DNA from: Phycisphaerae bacterium | Lineage (GTDB): Bacteria > Planctomycetota > Phycisphaerae > UBA1845 | Direction: 5' to 3' | Assembly: GCA_013360585.1 (NCBI GenBank) | Contig: JABWBH010000010.1 | Coordinates: 34,629 to 98,628 of the forward strand | DNA: 64,000 nt | In this document: positions 1 to 9,438 of the stretch, in pieces | How positions within the stretch are numbered: position 1 is the stretch's first letter | Layout: each line of letters begins with the position of its first letter | Translations under genes and position numbers: made by a program | Notes under the pieces: model-generated | What the model was told of the DNA's origin: nothing | Seen by the model: only the letters and a program-made list of their open reading frames with translations | Database searches by the model: none

Positions 1-491
1 TCGACCGACCGGACGACCGGACTCGGTACGACGCCCCCGGCCAACCTCTGTCCGGCGGAAAATACACGATCGTGGACACGCGCACCGACCAGTTCGACTA
101 CGCCCGCGCGAAGCAGAACGCGCAGGACGCGATCGCCGCATATCCGAACCTGTCCTGCATGGTGGGGCTTTTCGAGTACAACCCGCCGCTGATGCTGGAC
201 GCGGTGCGCGAAGCCGGAAAGCTCGCGCGGATCAAGCTGGTTGCGTTCGATGAAAACGATGCGACGCTTCAGGGCATTCTCGACGGGCACATCGCGGGTA
301 CGATCGTGCAGAACCCCTACCGGTACGGATACGACTCGGTGCGGATTCTCGCGGCGCTGGCCCGAGGCGACCGAAGTGTGCTGCCGCCGGGTGGGTTTCT
401 CGACATTCCGGCGAGGCGCATCGTCCGCGACAACGTCGAGGCGTTTCGCGCGGAGCTGAAGAAGAACCTCACGGCGGGCGCCGGAAAATAA
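1..491 (+). CDS. sugar ABC transporter periplasmic substrate-binding protein, C-terminal fragment (5' end outside window)
   Basis: The frame is open from the window edge to the stop at 489-491. The sequence ...KLVAFDENDATLQGILDGHIAGTIVQNPYRYGY... is typical of RbsB-like binding proteins. A matching permease starts 9 nt downstream. Confidence 0.7.
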   Translation, partial: DRPDDRTRYDAPGQPLSGGKYTIVDTRTDQFDYARAKQNAQDAIAAYPNLSCMVGLFEYNPPLMLDAVREAGKLARIKLVAFDENDATLQGILDGHIAGTIVQNPYRYGYDSVRILAALARGDRSVLPPGGFLDIPARRIVRDNVEAFRAELKKNLTAGAGK

Positions 492-499
492 AAGATAAG

Positions 500-1480
500 A
501 TGCGCAGGCTGGCGGGCATCCTCGGATTGACGGTCGTGGTGTTCGTCGCCACCGGGCTGCTCGAACCGAACTTCCTCAGCGCGTACAACCTTCAGAATCT
601 CACCCGGTGGACGGCGCTTTTCGGCATCCTCAGCCTCAGCGCCACGTTCGTCATCGTGACGGGCGGGATCGATCTTTCGATCGGATCCGTCGTGTGCCTC
701 GTCGGAAGCGTGCTGGGTTGGCTGCTTTCGCAGCGCGGCTGGTCGGCGGGCGCGGCGGTTGCGGCGGTGATGACGATGTCGGTCGGGATCGGGTTGTCGC
801 ACGGGCTGCTGGTGACGCGCCTCTCGCTGCCGCCCTTTGTCGTGACGTTGTGCGGCCTGCTGATTTACCGGGGGCTGGCGCGGTGGCTGACGGGTGATCA
901 GACGGTGGGGCTGGGAGCGTCGAGCGAGGGATTGCGCAGCGTGCTCGGGTCGCGCGTGCCGCTGCCGCTGCTGCCCGGCGCGGCGATTCCGGCGCCGGCA
1001 TTCATCGCGCTGGCGTTCGGCGTCGCCAGCGCCGTGTTCTTCCACCGGACGACGTGGGGGCGCGGGATGCTGGCGCTGGGGCGCAACGAGGAGGCGGCGC
1101 GGTTCTCCGGTGTGCGGACCGGGGCGCTGACGGTGTTCGGTTATGTCGCCTGCGCGTGCGGGAGCGGGCTGGGGGGCGTGCTCTTTGCGGTGGACGTCAA
1201 CTCGATCCAGGCCGCGTCCCACGGGAGCTTTTACGAACTTTATGCGATCGCCGGCGCGGTGCTGGGCGGGTGCAGCCTGCGCGGAGGTGAGGTCTCGGCG
1301 GCGGGCGCTCTGCTCGGCGCCGCCGTCATGCGCGTGTTGTACAACGCGATCAACCTGCTGCGGATCCCGACGCAGCTTGAGCTGGCGATCATCGGCGCTG
1401 TCCTCCTGCTGGGTGTGGTCGCCGACGAACTGACGCGACGGGCGGCGCGAAAAGGATCCCGGAACGTCGCTGCGGTCTGA
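500..1480 (+). CDS. ABC transporter permease, RbsC/AraH (sugar) family
   Basis: 326-aa polytopic membrane ORF. The motif TGGIDLSIGSVV and a Gly/Ala-rich C-terminal half are typical of ribose-type permeases. Confidence 0.8.
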   Translation: MRRLAGILGLTVVVFVATGLLEPNFLSAYNLQNLTRWTALFGILSLSATFVIVTGGIDLSIGSVVCLVGSVLGWLLSQRGWSAGAAVAAVMTMSVGIGLSHGLLVTRLSLPPFVVTLCGLLIYRGLARWLTGDQTVGLGASSEGLRSVLGSRVPLPLLPGAAIPAPAFIALAFGVASAVFFHRTTWGRGMLALGRNEEAARFSGVRTGALTVFGYVACACGSGLGGVLFAVDVNSIQAASHGSFYELYAIAGAVLGGCSLRGGEVSAAGALLGAAVMRVLYNAINLLRIPTQLELAIIGAVLLLGVVADELTRRAARKGSRNVAAV

Positions 1481-1503
1481 GCAGAGGTCGGCGCGCCTTC
1501 GCC

Positions 1504-2541
1504 TCAACTCTCATTGATGCCGAACACTTCCCGGATCGGAGCAAAGCGGAAGCGCGTGAGAAGTTCGTCGAGCTTGTTCAGAAAGCCGGCGCGGCCCGCG
1601 CCCTGATGCACGCGGGTCAGCCAGGGCACGCGCCGTCCGGCGCGCGACACGCCGTAAGCGTCGGTCTCATACGGATGACAGTACACAAGTTCCGGACAAC
1701 CGAGGGCCTCCTGCACCGCCAGATGACGCCGGACGATGAACACCGGGAGGACGCGGAGGTATCCGCCCCCCCCGAGCGGCATCGGCGCGCTGAGCATCCG
1801 CCCGCACGCCACCGGAATCTCGATCAACTCCGCCCCGTCGGAGGTTCGCACCTGATGCGCGCGCTGCGGCCAGCCGGCGACGCCGTATCCGCGGAGGCGC
1901 ATCGGAAAGATCGAGGAATCATACCGGAATCCGCACTCGGCAAGGACGTCCAGCGCCCAGGGATTCCCGGCGTGGATTGAGAAGCGCGGCGCGCGATAAC
2001 CGCTCACCTTCCGCCCGATCACGTCCTCAATGACGGCTTGCGATCGCAGCAGATCGGCGCGGAACTCGGCCGGTGTCATGCGGTCCACGCGACGGTGATC
2101 GTACCCGTGCGTCTGAATCTCGTGCCCCGATTGTGTGAGGCGTCGCGCCAGTTCCGGCGCTTTGCGGGTGATGTTACCCAGCATGAAGAACGTCGCCCGC
2201 GCGCCGCGCAGCTCGATCAATTCCGCAAGCCGCAGCGTCTGCGCAATGAAGCGGTCCGACACCGGCAGGCGCCCGTCCAGCACCGACTGCGGCCAGTCCT
2301 CGACGTCCACCGAGAGCGAATGCCGCGCCGGCACACGGCTGACGTGCGCCCACGGGCGAACCTGAACACCCGGAATCGGCGAGCGGCGCCAAGGCGTGTC
2401 CTCGACTCGATCAAGCGCAGACGAACTCCGCGCTGGCGTCCGCAGTCTCGACTCGTCGCGGTCCGCACGCATCTCATGCTCAAAAATAATTGCAGGCTCG
2501 GGCACGGGTCGTATCCGTGTGCGACGCGCCCCGGACCGCAT
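1504..2541 (-). CDS. polysaccharide deacetylase family protein
   Basis: Shows SVDVEDW...ATFFMLG...GHEIQTHGYDH...GYRAPRFS, a NodB-type deacetylase motif set. The true start may be the internal ATG at 2472. Confidence 0.75.
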   Translation of the reverse strand: MRSGARRTRIRPVPEPAIIFEHEMRADRDESRLRTPARSSSALDRVEDTPWRRSPIPGVQVRPWAHVSRVPARHSLSVDVEDWPQSVLDGRLPVSDRFIAQTLRLAELIELRGARATFFMLGNITRKAPELARRLTQSGHEIQTHGYDHRRVDRMTPAEFRADLLRSQAVIEDVIGRKVSGYRAPRFSIHAGNPWALDVLAECGFRYDSSIFPMRLRGYGVAGWPQRAHQVRTSDGAELIEIPVACGRMLSAPMPLGGGGYLRVLPVFIVRRHLAVQEALGCPELVYCHPYETDAYGVSRAGRRVPWLTRVHQGAGRAGFLNKLDELLTRFRFAPIREVFGINES

Positions 2542-2651
2542 CAGGCACGACGCCTAACCTGCCCGCGAGGCTCTGTCATCAGAGTTATCGGCAGAGTCCA
2601 GCCCGGCTCCCCGGCGCTGCGGAACGACCTCCGCGACCTCGCCGCGCGCCT

Positions 2652-3188
2652 TTACCGCGGGTTCGGCGGGGCGAGGATCGACAGGTAGGCCTCCCACGGC
2701 CCCACCTCGACGCGGTGTTGATACGCCAGCCCCTTGCACACCTGCGCGATGTGGTTGAGGTCATGAACGACCCAGGTACACAGGAGTTGGGCGAGCGTCG
2801 CCGGACCGAGCGCCGGGTGACGCCCGCGGCGGGCAAGGTTCTCCGGCGTCAGCGGCAGGGCTTGCAGGGCGTTAAGACCGGCCCGCCGCTCCTCCTCGAA
2901 GAGATCGAGCAGTTCGGCGGTCGTGTGCCGCCGCGCAAGATCGGCGTGCCCGTTCCGGTCAAACGGGTCGAAGGGCACGGATTCGCCGAACTCCAGGATG
3001 CGGCGTGCGCGCGGGAGCCAGTCCGTCCGCTCCCCGAAGATCAGGTGCGCAACGACCTCGTGCGGCGACCACGTTCCCGGTCCGTAATTCGCCCGCGTCC
3101 ACGCATCCGGAAGTCCGTCAAGCAGCGACCGGAGAACGCGGGGCGTTCGCGCGAGAATTACAATGTCGCGATCAAGGTTGAAGTCCAC
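2652..3188 (-). CDS. DinB family protein
   Basis: Shows ...WSPHEVVAHLIFGERTDW...VVHDLNHIAQV..., a DinB-like His triad. The ORF track extends to 3371 through an Arg/Ser-rich stretch, so I chose the GTG at 3188. The start is uncertain. Confidence 0.65.
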   Translation of the reverse strand: MDFNLDRDIVILARTPRVLRSLLDGLPDAWTRANYGPGTWSPHEVVAHLIFGERTDWLPRARRILEFGESVPFDPFDRNGHADLARRHTTAELLDLFEEERRAGLNALQALPLTPENLARRGRHPALGPATLAQLLCTWVVHDLNHIAQVCKGLAYQHRVEVGPWEAYLSILAPPNPR

Positions 3189-3237
3189 CGTCGGATTCTT
3201 TCCGCGCGAGGCGTCATGCCGGCACAAGCCGCTTTCG

Positions 3238-4110
3238 TTATCCGCAATCCACGAGGCGCGTGCCTTCGCAGTGCGGCGGGTCGAGCAGGCGCACCGTGTG
3301 CATACCCGTCCGGTTCGGGAGGATGAGCTTCGCCTTGTCGCTGCGGATCGTCGCCGTGAACACCTCGTCATTCACCGAGAAACGCGCGGTCTGTCCGTCC
3401 GAGGACTCATCCGACATCACCAGCACCGACTTCAGTTTTCCCCGTCGACAGTTCGCCTTGAACTTGCGCACCGCGCCGGTATCAGGGCGCGGGGCCGTCG
3501 CGCGGATCGTCGCCGTGATGCGGATCGTTCCGAGGTCCGGGTTGTTCGGATCCAGCGGTTCGAGGATGTCGAGCGTGCCCGTCAGGACAAGCTGCGCCGG
3601 CTGGACGCTGACCGATCCCGGGAGGTCCGCCGCCGCCGGAGGCTGCTGCTCGAGGAAGAATGTGGCTTCGCAGGGGTACCCGAACGACTGCATCGTCGCG
3701 CAGACGACCCCGCTCGCTTCGTAGTCAATCCGCCCCTGCTTGATGTAGTCGACGCCCGGCGCGTTGAAAGCTCCGCCGCTGACCGGCGTAAACGGCTCCG
3801 GCGGACCGTCGTGCAGGACGGCCACCCCCTCGCCGGTGGCGAAGATGTCGCCGAGAAATCCGTAGTCGAGGTGCAGGCTGATCGTCTCCGCCACGCGGAT
3901 CTCGAAGTCCTCGATCGAAATCTCGCCGGGCGCGTCCGGGCAGTTGAACACCGCCGTCATGTACCCCGTCAGTGACGAAGAATCCGAGTCACACTCACCG
4001 AGCACGCACAACTCGACCTGCGCGGTCGAGGCCCCCGAGTCGATCTGAAACTGAATGCCTCCGATCCCCGCTGCCGCTCCCGCCACCGCCGCCGAAACCC
4101 ACGTCAGCAT
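3238..4110 (-). CDS. hypothetical exported protein
   Basis: The internal ATG at 4110 is preceded by a GAGGGGG RBS-like run. The N-terminus MLTWVSAAVAGAAAGIGG is hydrophobic. I recognise no family. Confidence 0.5.
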   Translation of the reverse strand: MLTWVSAAVAGAAAGIGGIQFQIDSGASTAQVELCVLGECDSDSSSLTGYMTAVFNCPDAPGEISIEDFEIRVAETISLHLDYGFLGDIFATGEGVAVLHDGPPEPFTPVSGGAFNAPGVDYIKQGRIDYEASGVVCATMQSFGYPCEATFFLEQQPPAAADLPGSVSVQPAQLVLTGTLDILEPLDPNNPDLGTIRITATIRATAPRPDTGAVRKFKANCRRGKLKSVLVMSDESSDGQTARFSVNDEVFTATIRSDKAKLILPNRTGMHTVRLLDPPHCEGTRLVDCG

Positions 4111-4454
4111 GACAGCCCCCTCTGAATAACCGGTCCGACCCGTCCTCGACCGAGGTCCGCCCCCGTCGAGGGTGATCATTAAGAACAGTGTACCGGAGTT
4201 CGCGGGAAAGCTCCCGCAAGCCCCGCCCCCGGCCGCCTGCGGGGTCCGCGGTCCTTGCTCCGTCCCGTAAGACGCCCTCAAGGACGCTCCGATCCTGAGA
4301 CGCCGGTCCGAGAATCTGACCTCGGTCTGCGGCAAAAGCCTTATCCAACGCCCGACGATAAATGCCTGAACGAAGTTTAATGCGGGATCGGAACGCGCCA
4401 CAACCGCGCGCCCACCCTCGCAAGCACCGGGTCCAACGAACAAAGGAGATGGGC

Positions 4455-7010
4455 ATGCCCGAACGAGTGACGTGGACAGGAAGGCTCGCCGCCGGATCGG
4501 CGGCGTTGATGTTGATGCTGACGATGACGGGTTGCACCGGTGGCGGACCGGGCGGCGGAGGCGGCGGACCTGGCGGCGATCCGGGCGACGGAACCGCGGA
4601 CCGCTCGATCTCCTTCAATACCGATCCGGATGTCGCCCTCGCCGCGGTCGCCGAGCACGGCGAAAACACGCAGACGGCTGCTTACGGCGCGAAAAATGAC
4701 GAAGGCGATCTCACGTCGGTGGACCAGCTCGACTTCGTTACCGCGAGCGGATCGACCGTCTCGATGCAACTCGACGAGGAAGGGCAGCCGGTCTACATCA
4801 GTTCCTCCGACGGCGATGAAGCCGCGTTCACCTACGACGAGGATACGGGAACCGTCGTCGCCACCACGTCCACCGCGGGCGCGACGACCGTGACCGAAGC
4901 CTCGACTTCAAGCGGGACCGACGCAAGCACGGCGAAGCGACGCCCCCTGCTGAGCAAGTCCCAGGAAGACCTCTGCGAGCACCTTTCCACCGCGATCGGC
5001 GTGCTCGACTCGGTCTTTGACTGCGACGACGAGACGGATTGCGATGACCCGGTCTCCCAGGCCGCCCTTCAGCTTCAGGAACTCTGCGAAGCCGACTTCG
5101 AGGAAGTAGATGACCTCGACACGACGCTGGGCACGACGCCCCAGGACATCGCTCTCGGCGTCAAAACCCTGCACACGACGCGCCCCGCGTCCGAGGGCGG
5201 AACCACCGTGATCCTCACGGCGACGCCCTTCGGCGGAACCCGCCCTTATGAAGCGGAGTGGTCGTTCTCCGGCGGACCCGCGGCGGTCGCCGTGGAGAAT
5301 CTGCCGGGCGGCGCCGCGGTCGCGGATATCTTCACCGACGGATCGTACACCTTTGAAGTGACCATCACGGACGCCGAGGGCGCGATCACCACGGCGCAGC
5401 AGACGGTCGACACGAGTGCGGTCGCGCGGCTTCAGATCGAAACTTCAAACGCTTACCCGCTGCCCGGCGAAACCGTGACGTTCGTCGTGGCCGACGGCGG
5501 CGAATCCGCCTCCGACGCGGGTCGCTTCACGTATCTCTGGAATTTCGGCGACGGCTCGACGGGCGAGGGTTCCTCGGTCGAGCACGCGTTTGACGCTGCC
5601 GGCGAGTACCTCGTGCAGGTCGTCGCCACTTCCGACGACGGACGCCGCGCGAAAGGCGCCGTTCCCGTCCTCGTGGACGACGAGCAGGACTGCAAGGTCA
5701 TCTGCTTCGATCAGTCCGGCGACGCTTATTACGACTGCGTCCTCGGAGGCGGAACCGACGCCGAATGCGCCGCCGAAGCCCTGACGCAGCTTGAATCCTG
5801 CGCGATGGCCGAATGCGGCGAGCCGATCGACTGCGACAAGATCTGCCACGTTGCGGCGCGCGAGGTGTACGCCGCCTGCACCGCCGCGGGTCTGGGAGAT
5901 ACGGATTGCGAGACGGAATCGCTCGCATCGCTGGATGCCTGCCTGAGCGAGCAGTGCGGAGGCGAAGAACTCAGTTGCGAAGACCTCTGCGCGAAAAGCG
6001 CCGACGCCGTCTTCCAGCAGTGCCTCAACTCCGACCTGACCACCGACGAATGCAACGACCTGTTCCACGCGACGTATGCGGATTGCACGGAGTTCGGCTG
6101 CGGCGAAGTCCGCAACTGCGAAGACCAGTGCAGCCAGCGGGCCAAGCGCGGCTTTGAACTGTGCCTCCGCAGCGGCGGCGGTGAAACCGAGTGCGCCTCC
6201 CGGGCGCGCTCGTTCGCCGAAGAATGCCTCGCCGACGACTGCGGGACCGAAGGCGACTGTCCCACGCTCTGCGGCGACGAAGCCCACCGCGTGTACGACA
6301 AATGCCTGGCACGCGGCGGCGACGCCGACCGCTGCCAGACCAAGGCCGACGAATACTACCAGGTCTGCCAGGAAGAGCACTGCGACGAAACGACCAACGA
6401 ATGCGAGTCCGCGTGCGTCGCCGCTGCCGACAGTGCGATGGCCGACTGTCTCGCTTACGGCGGGACGGAGGACGCCTGCCTGTCCGACGCGGAGGCGATG
6501 TTCGCCGCGTGCCTGTATGAGAACTGCGGACAGACCAGCGACTGCGCGACGGACTGCGTCGTCAGCGCGCTGGGCTACTACGAAGGCTGCGTCGCCGAAA
6601 CCGGTGACGCCGAGTCCTGCGCCTACGCCGCCTTCAACGGCGTCACCGTCTGCATGACCGACGAGTGCGGCCAAACCGCTCACTGCGAGGATTGCACGCT
6701 CGACGGGCTGGACACGCTCGCCGAATGCGCGGCCTCCGCCACGGACGCCTACCTCTGCGGGCAATACGCCGTCGAGTCCGTTGCGGATTGCATCCAGGAC
6801 GATTGCGAAGATGACGGCGAGGGAGACGACGGGGACGGCGGCGATGATGAAGGCGGCGACGACGGCACGCTGGACTGCGAGGAATACTGCGAGGCGTCCG
6901 CCGCGGACGCTTACGAAATGTGCCTCGCCGACGGCGGCGCTGCTGACGATTGCAGTTTGTCCTTTGACGACAACTACGCCGCCTGCCTTGAAGCGCACTG
7001 TGACGAGTAA
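4455..7010 (+). CDS. lipoprotein with PKD-like domains and nine tandem Cys-rich repeats
   Basis: AAGGAG RBS at 4443-4448. Lipobox LTMTGC. PKD signature WNFGDGSTGEGSSVEHAFDAAGEYLVQV. The C-terminal 440 aa are built from a repeated six-Cys unit. Confidence 0.8.
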   Translation: MPERVTWTGRLAAGSAALMLMLTMTGCTGGGPGGGGGGPGGDPGDGTADRSISFNTDPDVALAAVAEHGENTQTAAYGAKNDEGDLTSVDQLDFVTASGSTVSMQLDEEGQPVYISSSDGDEAAFTYDEDTGTVVATTSTAGATTVTEASTSSGTDASTAKRRPLLSKSQEDLCEHLSTAIGVLDSVFDCDDETDCDDPVSQAALQLQELCEADFEEVDDLDTTLGTTPQDIALGVKTLHTTRPASEGGTTVILTATPFGGTRPYEAEWSFSGGPAAVAVENLPGGAAVADIFTDGSYTFEVTITDAEGAITTAQQTVDTSAVARLQIETSNAYPLPGETVTFVVADGGESASDAGRFTYLWNFGDGSTGEGSSVEHAFDAAGEYLVQVVATSDDGRRAKGAVPVLVDDEQDCKVICFDQSGDAYYDCVLGGGTDAECAAEALTQLESCAMAECGEPIDCDKICHVAAREVYAACTAAGLGDTDCETESLASLDACLSEQCGGEELSCEDLCAKSADAVFQQCLNSDLTTDECNDLFHATYADCTEFGCGEVRNCEDQCSQRAKRGFELCLRSGGGETECASRARSFAEECLADDCGTEGDCPTLCGDEAHRVYDKCLARGGDADRCQTKADEYYQVCQEEHCDETTNECESACVAAADSAMADCLAYGGTEDACLSDAEAMFAACLYENCGQTSDCATDCVVSALGYYEGCVAETGDAESCAYAAFNGVTVCMTDECGQTAHCEDCTLDGLDTLAECAASATDAYLCGQYAVESVADCIQDDCEDDGEGDDGDGGDDEGGDDGTLDCEEYCEASAADAYEMCLADGGAADDCSLSFDDNYAACLEAHCDE
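5688..7007 (+). repeat. nine tandem ~48-aa repeats at protein level: C-x3-C-x10-C-x9-C-x10/11-C-x4-C-G
   Basis: Read directly from the translation: DCKVICFDQ..., DCDKICHVA..., SCEDLCAKS..., NCEDQCSQR..., DCPTLCGDE..., ECESACVAA..., DCATDCVVS..., HCEDCTLDG..., DCEEYCEAS... Confidence 0.8.
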
Positions 7011-7045
7011 CGCTCGCCCGGCGCGCTCAACCTGAAGACCAACCC

Positions 7046-7078
7046 GAGGCCCGGTCGGCACACCGCCGACCGGGCCTC
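7046..7078 (+). terminator. 13-bp perfect GC hairpin downstream of the lipoprotein gene (no U-tail)
   Basis: GAGGCCCGGTCGG (7046-7058) pairs with CCGACCGGGCCTC (7066-7078), with a 7-nt loop. Confidence 0.4.
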
Positions 7079-7500
7079 GATCATTCGCGCGCCGCGGACG
7101 CCCCTCGCGCAGATCTCTGCTCGGTCCGTCGGGCCGGTATTGCATCTACGTCGTCAGCCGCCACCCGCATCCCGCGAGGGTTCCCGACCTTCGATTCCGG
7201 TAAAGAATACGACGCGGCTTCAAGACCTCCGGAGAGCTGTCCCGGAAGAGGACGCCCCGCGACTTCCGGGGAAAGATAGACCTTCTCTTATCCCTTTCGG
7301 GACGGGCAGTTACGCACCCCGACGGACTTTACCCCAAGCCGTTCAGGGGCCAACGCAGGCGATTCTTCAGGGCCTTTTTCTGTGAGGATGAAGGAGTTCG
7401 CAGTACTCCCCTTGTGCATTGGGGGGTGGGGGGGCAACCTGGGCCGTGCAGTAGCTTTCAGTCCTCGTAATTCTCGGAAGAACCCTCAAAGAACGCCTCA

Positions 7501-8580
7501 TTACGGGCGCGACTGGGATGGCCAGAGGATGTCAATGATGCGCTCCGCGATCTCCGGCGTGCGCAGGGAAGGCACAAGCGAATGCGGCAAGTCGTCCCCC
7601 AGCACGAAGACCCGGCCGGATGCAACCGCCGGGCACGCCAGCGGCGACCACTGCGCGATGATTATTGACTGCAACTCGGGGGTCACACGCACTTCGGGCA
7701 TCAGTTCGATGATGATGTCCGGGGCACGGACGACGACCTGTTCAAGAGAGACGGTCGGGTAGGGCAACTCAAGATCTCCGAAGATGTTCTCCGCCCCGAC
7801 CTGCCGCAGAATTGCGTCGTGCGTCGTTCCTGCCGCCGCGGTCAGGATGTCCTTCAATTCGGAAGGGTTCCGCGCCAGGGTCATCAGCACGCGCGGGGGT
7901 GTGCATCCGGCGCGCCGCTCTTCGGCGCGGCGACGGGCGGCGTCGAGGCGCGCCTCCAGCGACGTCAGGACGGCGTCGGCGCCTGGCGCAAGTCCGGTGA
8001 GGTCGCCGAGGTCGCGGATGCAGGTTCTCAGGTCGTCAAGCCCCTCCGTCGGATCGCGATAGAGGCGGATTCCGCGGCGGGCGGCAAAGTCCTCCAGCGT
8101 GGCGTTGTGCCCGCGAACCACGATGAGATCGGGATCAAGGGAGACGATCGCCTCCAGATCCGGGTCGAACAAACCGCCGACGCGGGGTCGCGTCGTCAGC
8201 TCGGGCGGATACGACGTGAACGTGCTGACGCCGACGATCCGCTCGGTGGCGCCGATCGCGCAGAGGACCTCGTCGGCGCTGGGAGAGATCGTGACGATCC
8301 GCCGCGCCGGTCCGGAGGCCGGCGGCGGCTGCGCCGGCCTGCGACAGCCCGTGAAGCCGCAGACAATGACCAGAAACGTACTGAGCAGATACCGCTCCCG
8401 TGGAACCGCGCCCGCGCGCCCGAGGCGAAGGCGGGGTTGCGGCGTGTTTTCGCGCGTGCGGAGGTGCGACGGTCGCTTCCAGGTGATGCTCAAGGTGTGC
8501 TGATCCTGGTTATCGGATGCCCCTCGCGGAATCCGGGACGGCCTCGCCGCACGTGGACCGGGAATCCGCGTTCGTTGCAA
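7501..8580 (-). CDS. ABC transporter periplasmic binding protein, BtuF/FhuD-like (cobalamin or Fe-siderophore type)
   Basis: Shows RIVTISPSADEVLCAIGA..RIVGVS...FDPDLEAIVSLDPDLIVV, typical of the class III (helical backbone) binding fold. A lipobox-like FTGC lies near residue 78, so the real start is probably downstream of 8580. Confidence 0.7.
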   Translation of the reverse strand: MQRTRIPGPRAARPSRIPRGASDNQDQHTLSITWKRPSHLRTRENTPQPRLRLGRAGAVPRERYLLSTFLVIVCGFTGCRRPAQPPPASGPARRIVTISPSADEVLCAIGATERIVGVSTFTSYPPELTTRPRVGGLFDPDLEAIVSLDPDLIVVRGHNATLEDFAARRGIRLYRDPTEGLDDLRTCIRDLGDLTGLAPGADAVLTSLEARLDAARRRAEERRAGCTPPRVLMTLARNPSELKDILTAAAGTTHDAILRQVGAENIFGDLELPYPTVSLEQVVVRAPDIIIELMPEVRVTPELQSIIIAQWSPLACPAVASGRVFVLGDDLPHSLVPSLRTPEIAERIIDILWPSQSRP

Positions 8581-8667
8581 GCGACGGCGCGCCCGCTACG
8601 ATAACCTCCGTGGGGGGCGGATGTGCCGCCGGGACCGGTCACGAGGACGTACATCAATCAGTTCGGC

Positions 8668-9261
8668 ATGAAAAAGCAAGATTACATCACGGTCGTTTCG
8701 GGGCTGCCGCGCTCAGGCACCTCGATGATGATGAGCATGTTGGAGGCTGCGGGGTTCGAGGTTCTTCAGGACGGTGTGCGCACCGCGGATGAGGACAACC
8801 CGAAGGGTTATTACGAATTCGAGCGGGTCAAGAAGCTGACCGAAGGAGACGTCGCGTGGCTTCCGGACGCGGTGGGGAAGGTGGTGAAGGTCATCTCACG
8901 GCTGCTGGTCGAACTGCCACCCGGATATCGGTACAAGGTGATCTGGATGCGACGGAACATCGACGAGATCATCGCGTCCCAGAAGAAGATGCTCGTGCGT
9001 CGCGGGACGTACGACGACTCCGTCAAGGATGATGAAATTCGCCGAATGCTCCTGAGGCACGTCGAGAAGACGCTTTCGACGATCAAGGAGCGATCCGGCT
9101 ACATCGACCTGATTTTCACGAATTACAACAAGCTGCTGGGCGGATCGCGCGAGGAGGTGGACGCGCTGGCCCACTTCCTCGGCGGCGGCGTCAGCGCTGA
9201 CGCGATGATGCCCGTGGTGGACAAGAACCTCTACCGCAACCGCGCAGGTGCGAAGGCCTGA
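8668..9261 (+). CDS. sulfotransferase family protein
   Basis: The ATG at 8668 gives MKKQDYITVVSGLPRSGTSMM, which matches the PAPS 5'-phosphosulfate-binding loop (PRSGTS). Confidence 0.7.
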   Translation: MKKQDYITVVSGLPRSGTSMMMSMLEAAGFEVLQDGVRTADEDNPKGYYEFERVKKLTEGDVAWLPDAVGKVVKVISRLLVELPPGYRYKVIWMRRNIDEIIASQKKMLVRRGTYDDSVKDDEIRRMLLRHVEKTLSTIKERSGYIDLIFTNYNKLLGGSREEVDALAHFLGGGVSADAMMPVVDKNLYRNRAGAKA

Positions 9262-9268
9262 CGCGCCC

Positions 9269-9297
9269 TTGACATTGCCGGCCGTCCGGAGTAGTCT
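9269..9297 (+). promoter_or_regulatory. sigma70-like promoter of the his operon (TTGACA-17 nt-TAGTCT)
   Basis: TTGACA at 9269-9274, a 17-nt spacer, and TAGTCT at 9292-9297. It lies 10 nt upstream of the leader ATG. Confidence 0.55.
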
Positions 9298-9307
9298 GGA
9301 TTCCACG

Positions 9308-9370
9308 ATGCGGGTCAGGATGCTTTTTGTTGTTCATCATCATCATCACCACGGGGCCGTGGCCGGGTGA
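9308..9370 (+). CDS. hisL: his operon leader peptide MRVRMLFVVHHHHHHGAVAG (six consecutive His codons)
   Basis: The codons CAT CAT CAT CAT CAC CAC occupy 9335-9352 and the stop TGA is at 9368-9370. An alternative start at ATG 9320 gives 16 aa. The ORF lies directly upstream of hisG and is followed by attenuator helices. Confidence 0.7.
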   Translation: MRVRMLFVVHHHHHHGAVAG

Positions 9371-9403
9371 TGGTGTCGCCGTTTTAAGACGAGTAATCAC
9401 CAC

Positions 9404-9438
9404 CGACGCCGGCTCCTGCCGGCGTCGTTCGTTTTCCG
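9404..9438 (+). terminator. his attenuator terminator (10-bp GC stem, 4-nt loop, U-rich tail)
   Basis: CGACGCCGGC (9404-9413) pairs with GCCGGCGTCG (9418-9427). The loop is TCCT and the tail is TTCGTTTTCC. Confidence 0.7.

Noticed and set aside
317-1507. Long ORFs antisense to or overlapping well-supported genes. This one is 396 aa. Others include 5445-7145(-), 14773-16254(-), 24715-26346(-), 39656-41872(+), 42870-44555(+), 46431-47825(-), 47839-49050(+), 53438-55324(+), 58919-61192(+) and 60972-62636(-).
   Set aside because: Their translations are dominated by Arg, Pro, Gly, His and Ala low-complexity runs and have no domain-like motifs. Each lies opposite a gene with clear family signatures. 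Such shadow ORFs are expected in high-GC DNA.
4362-4454. N-terminal extensions offered by the ORF track. Examples are 4362 for the lipoprotein, 8623 for the sulfotransferase, 11372 for hisB, 11854 for hisH, 12231 for hisF, 16889 for folE, 23656 for the ABC ATPase, 29112, 48118, 49110, 51962, 55546, 60970 and 62213.
   Set aside because: The extensions overlap the preceding gene or are Arg/Pro-rich. Internal starts have RBS-like purine runs, stop-start overlaps or immediate signal peptides, and they give family-typical lengths.
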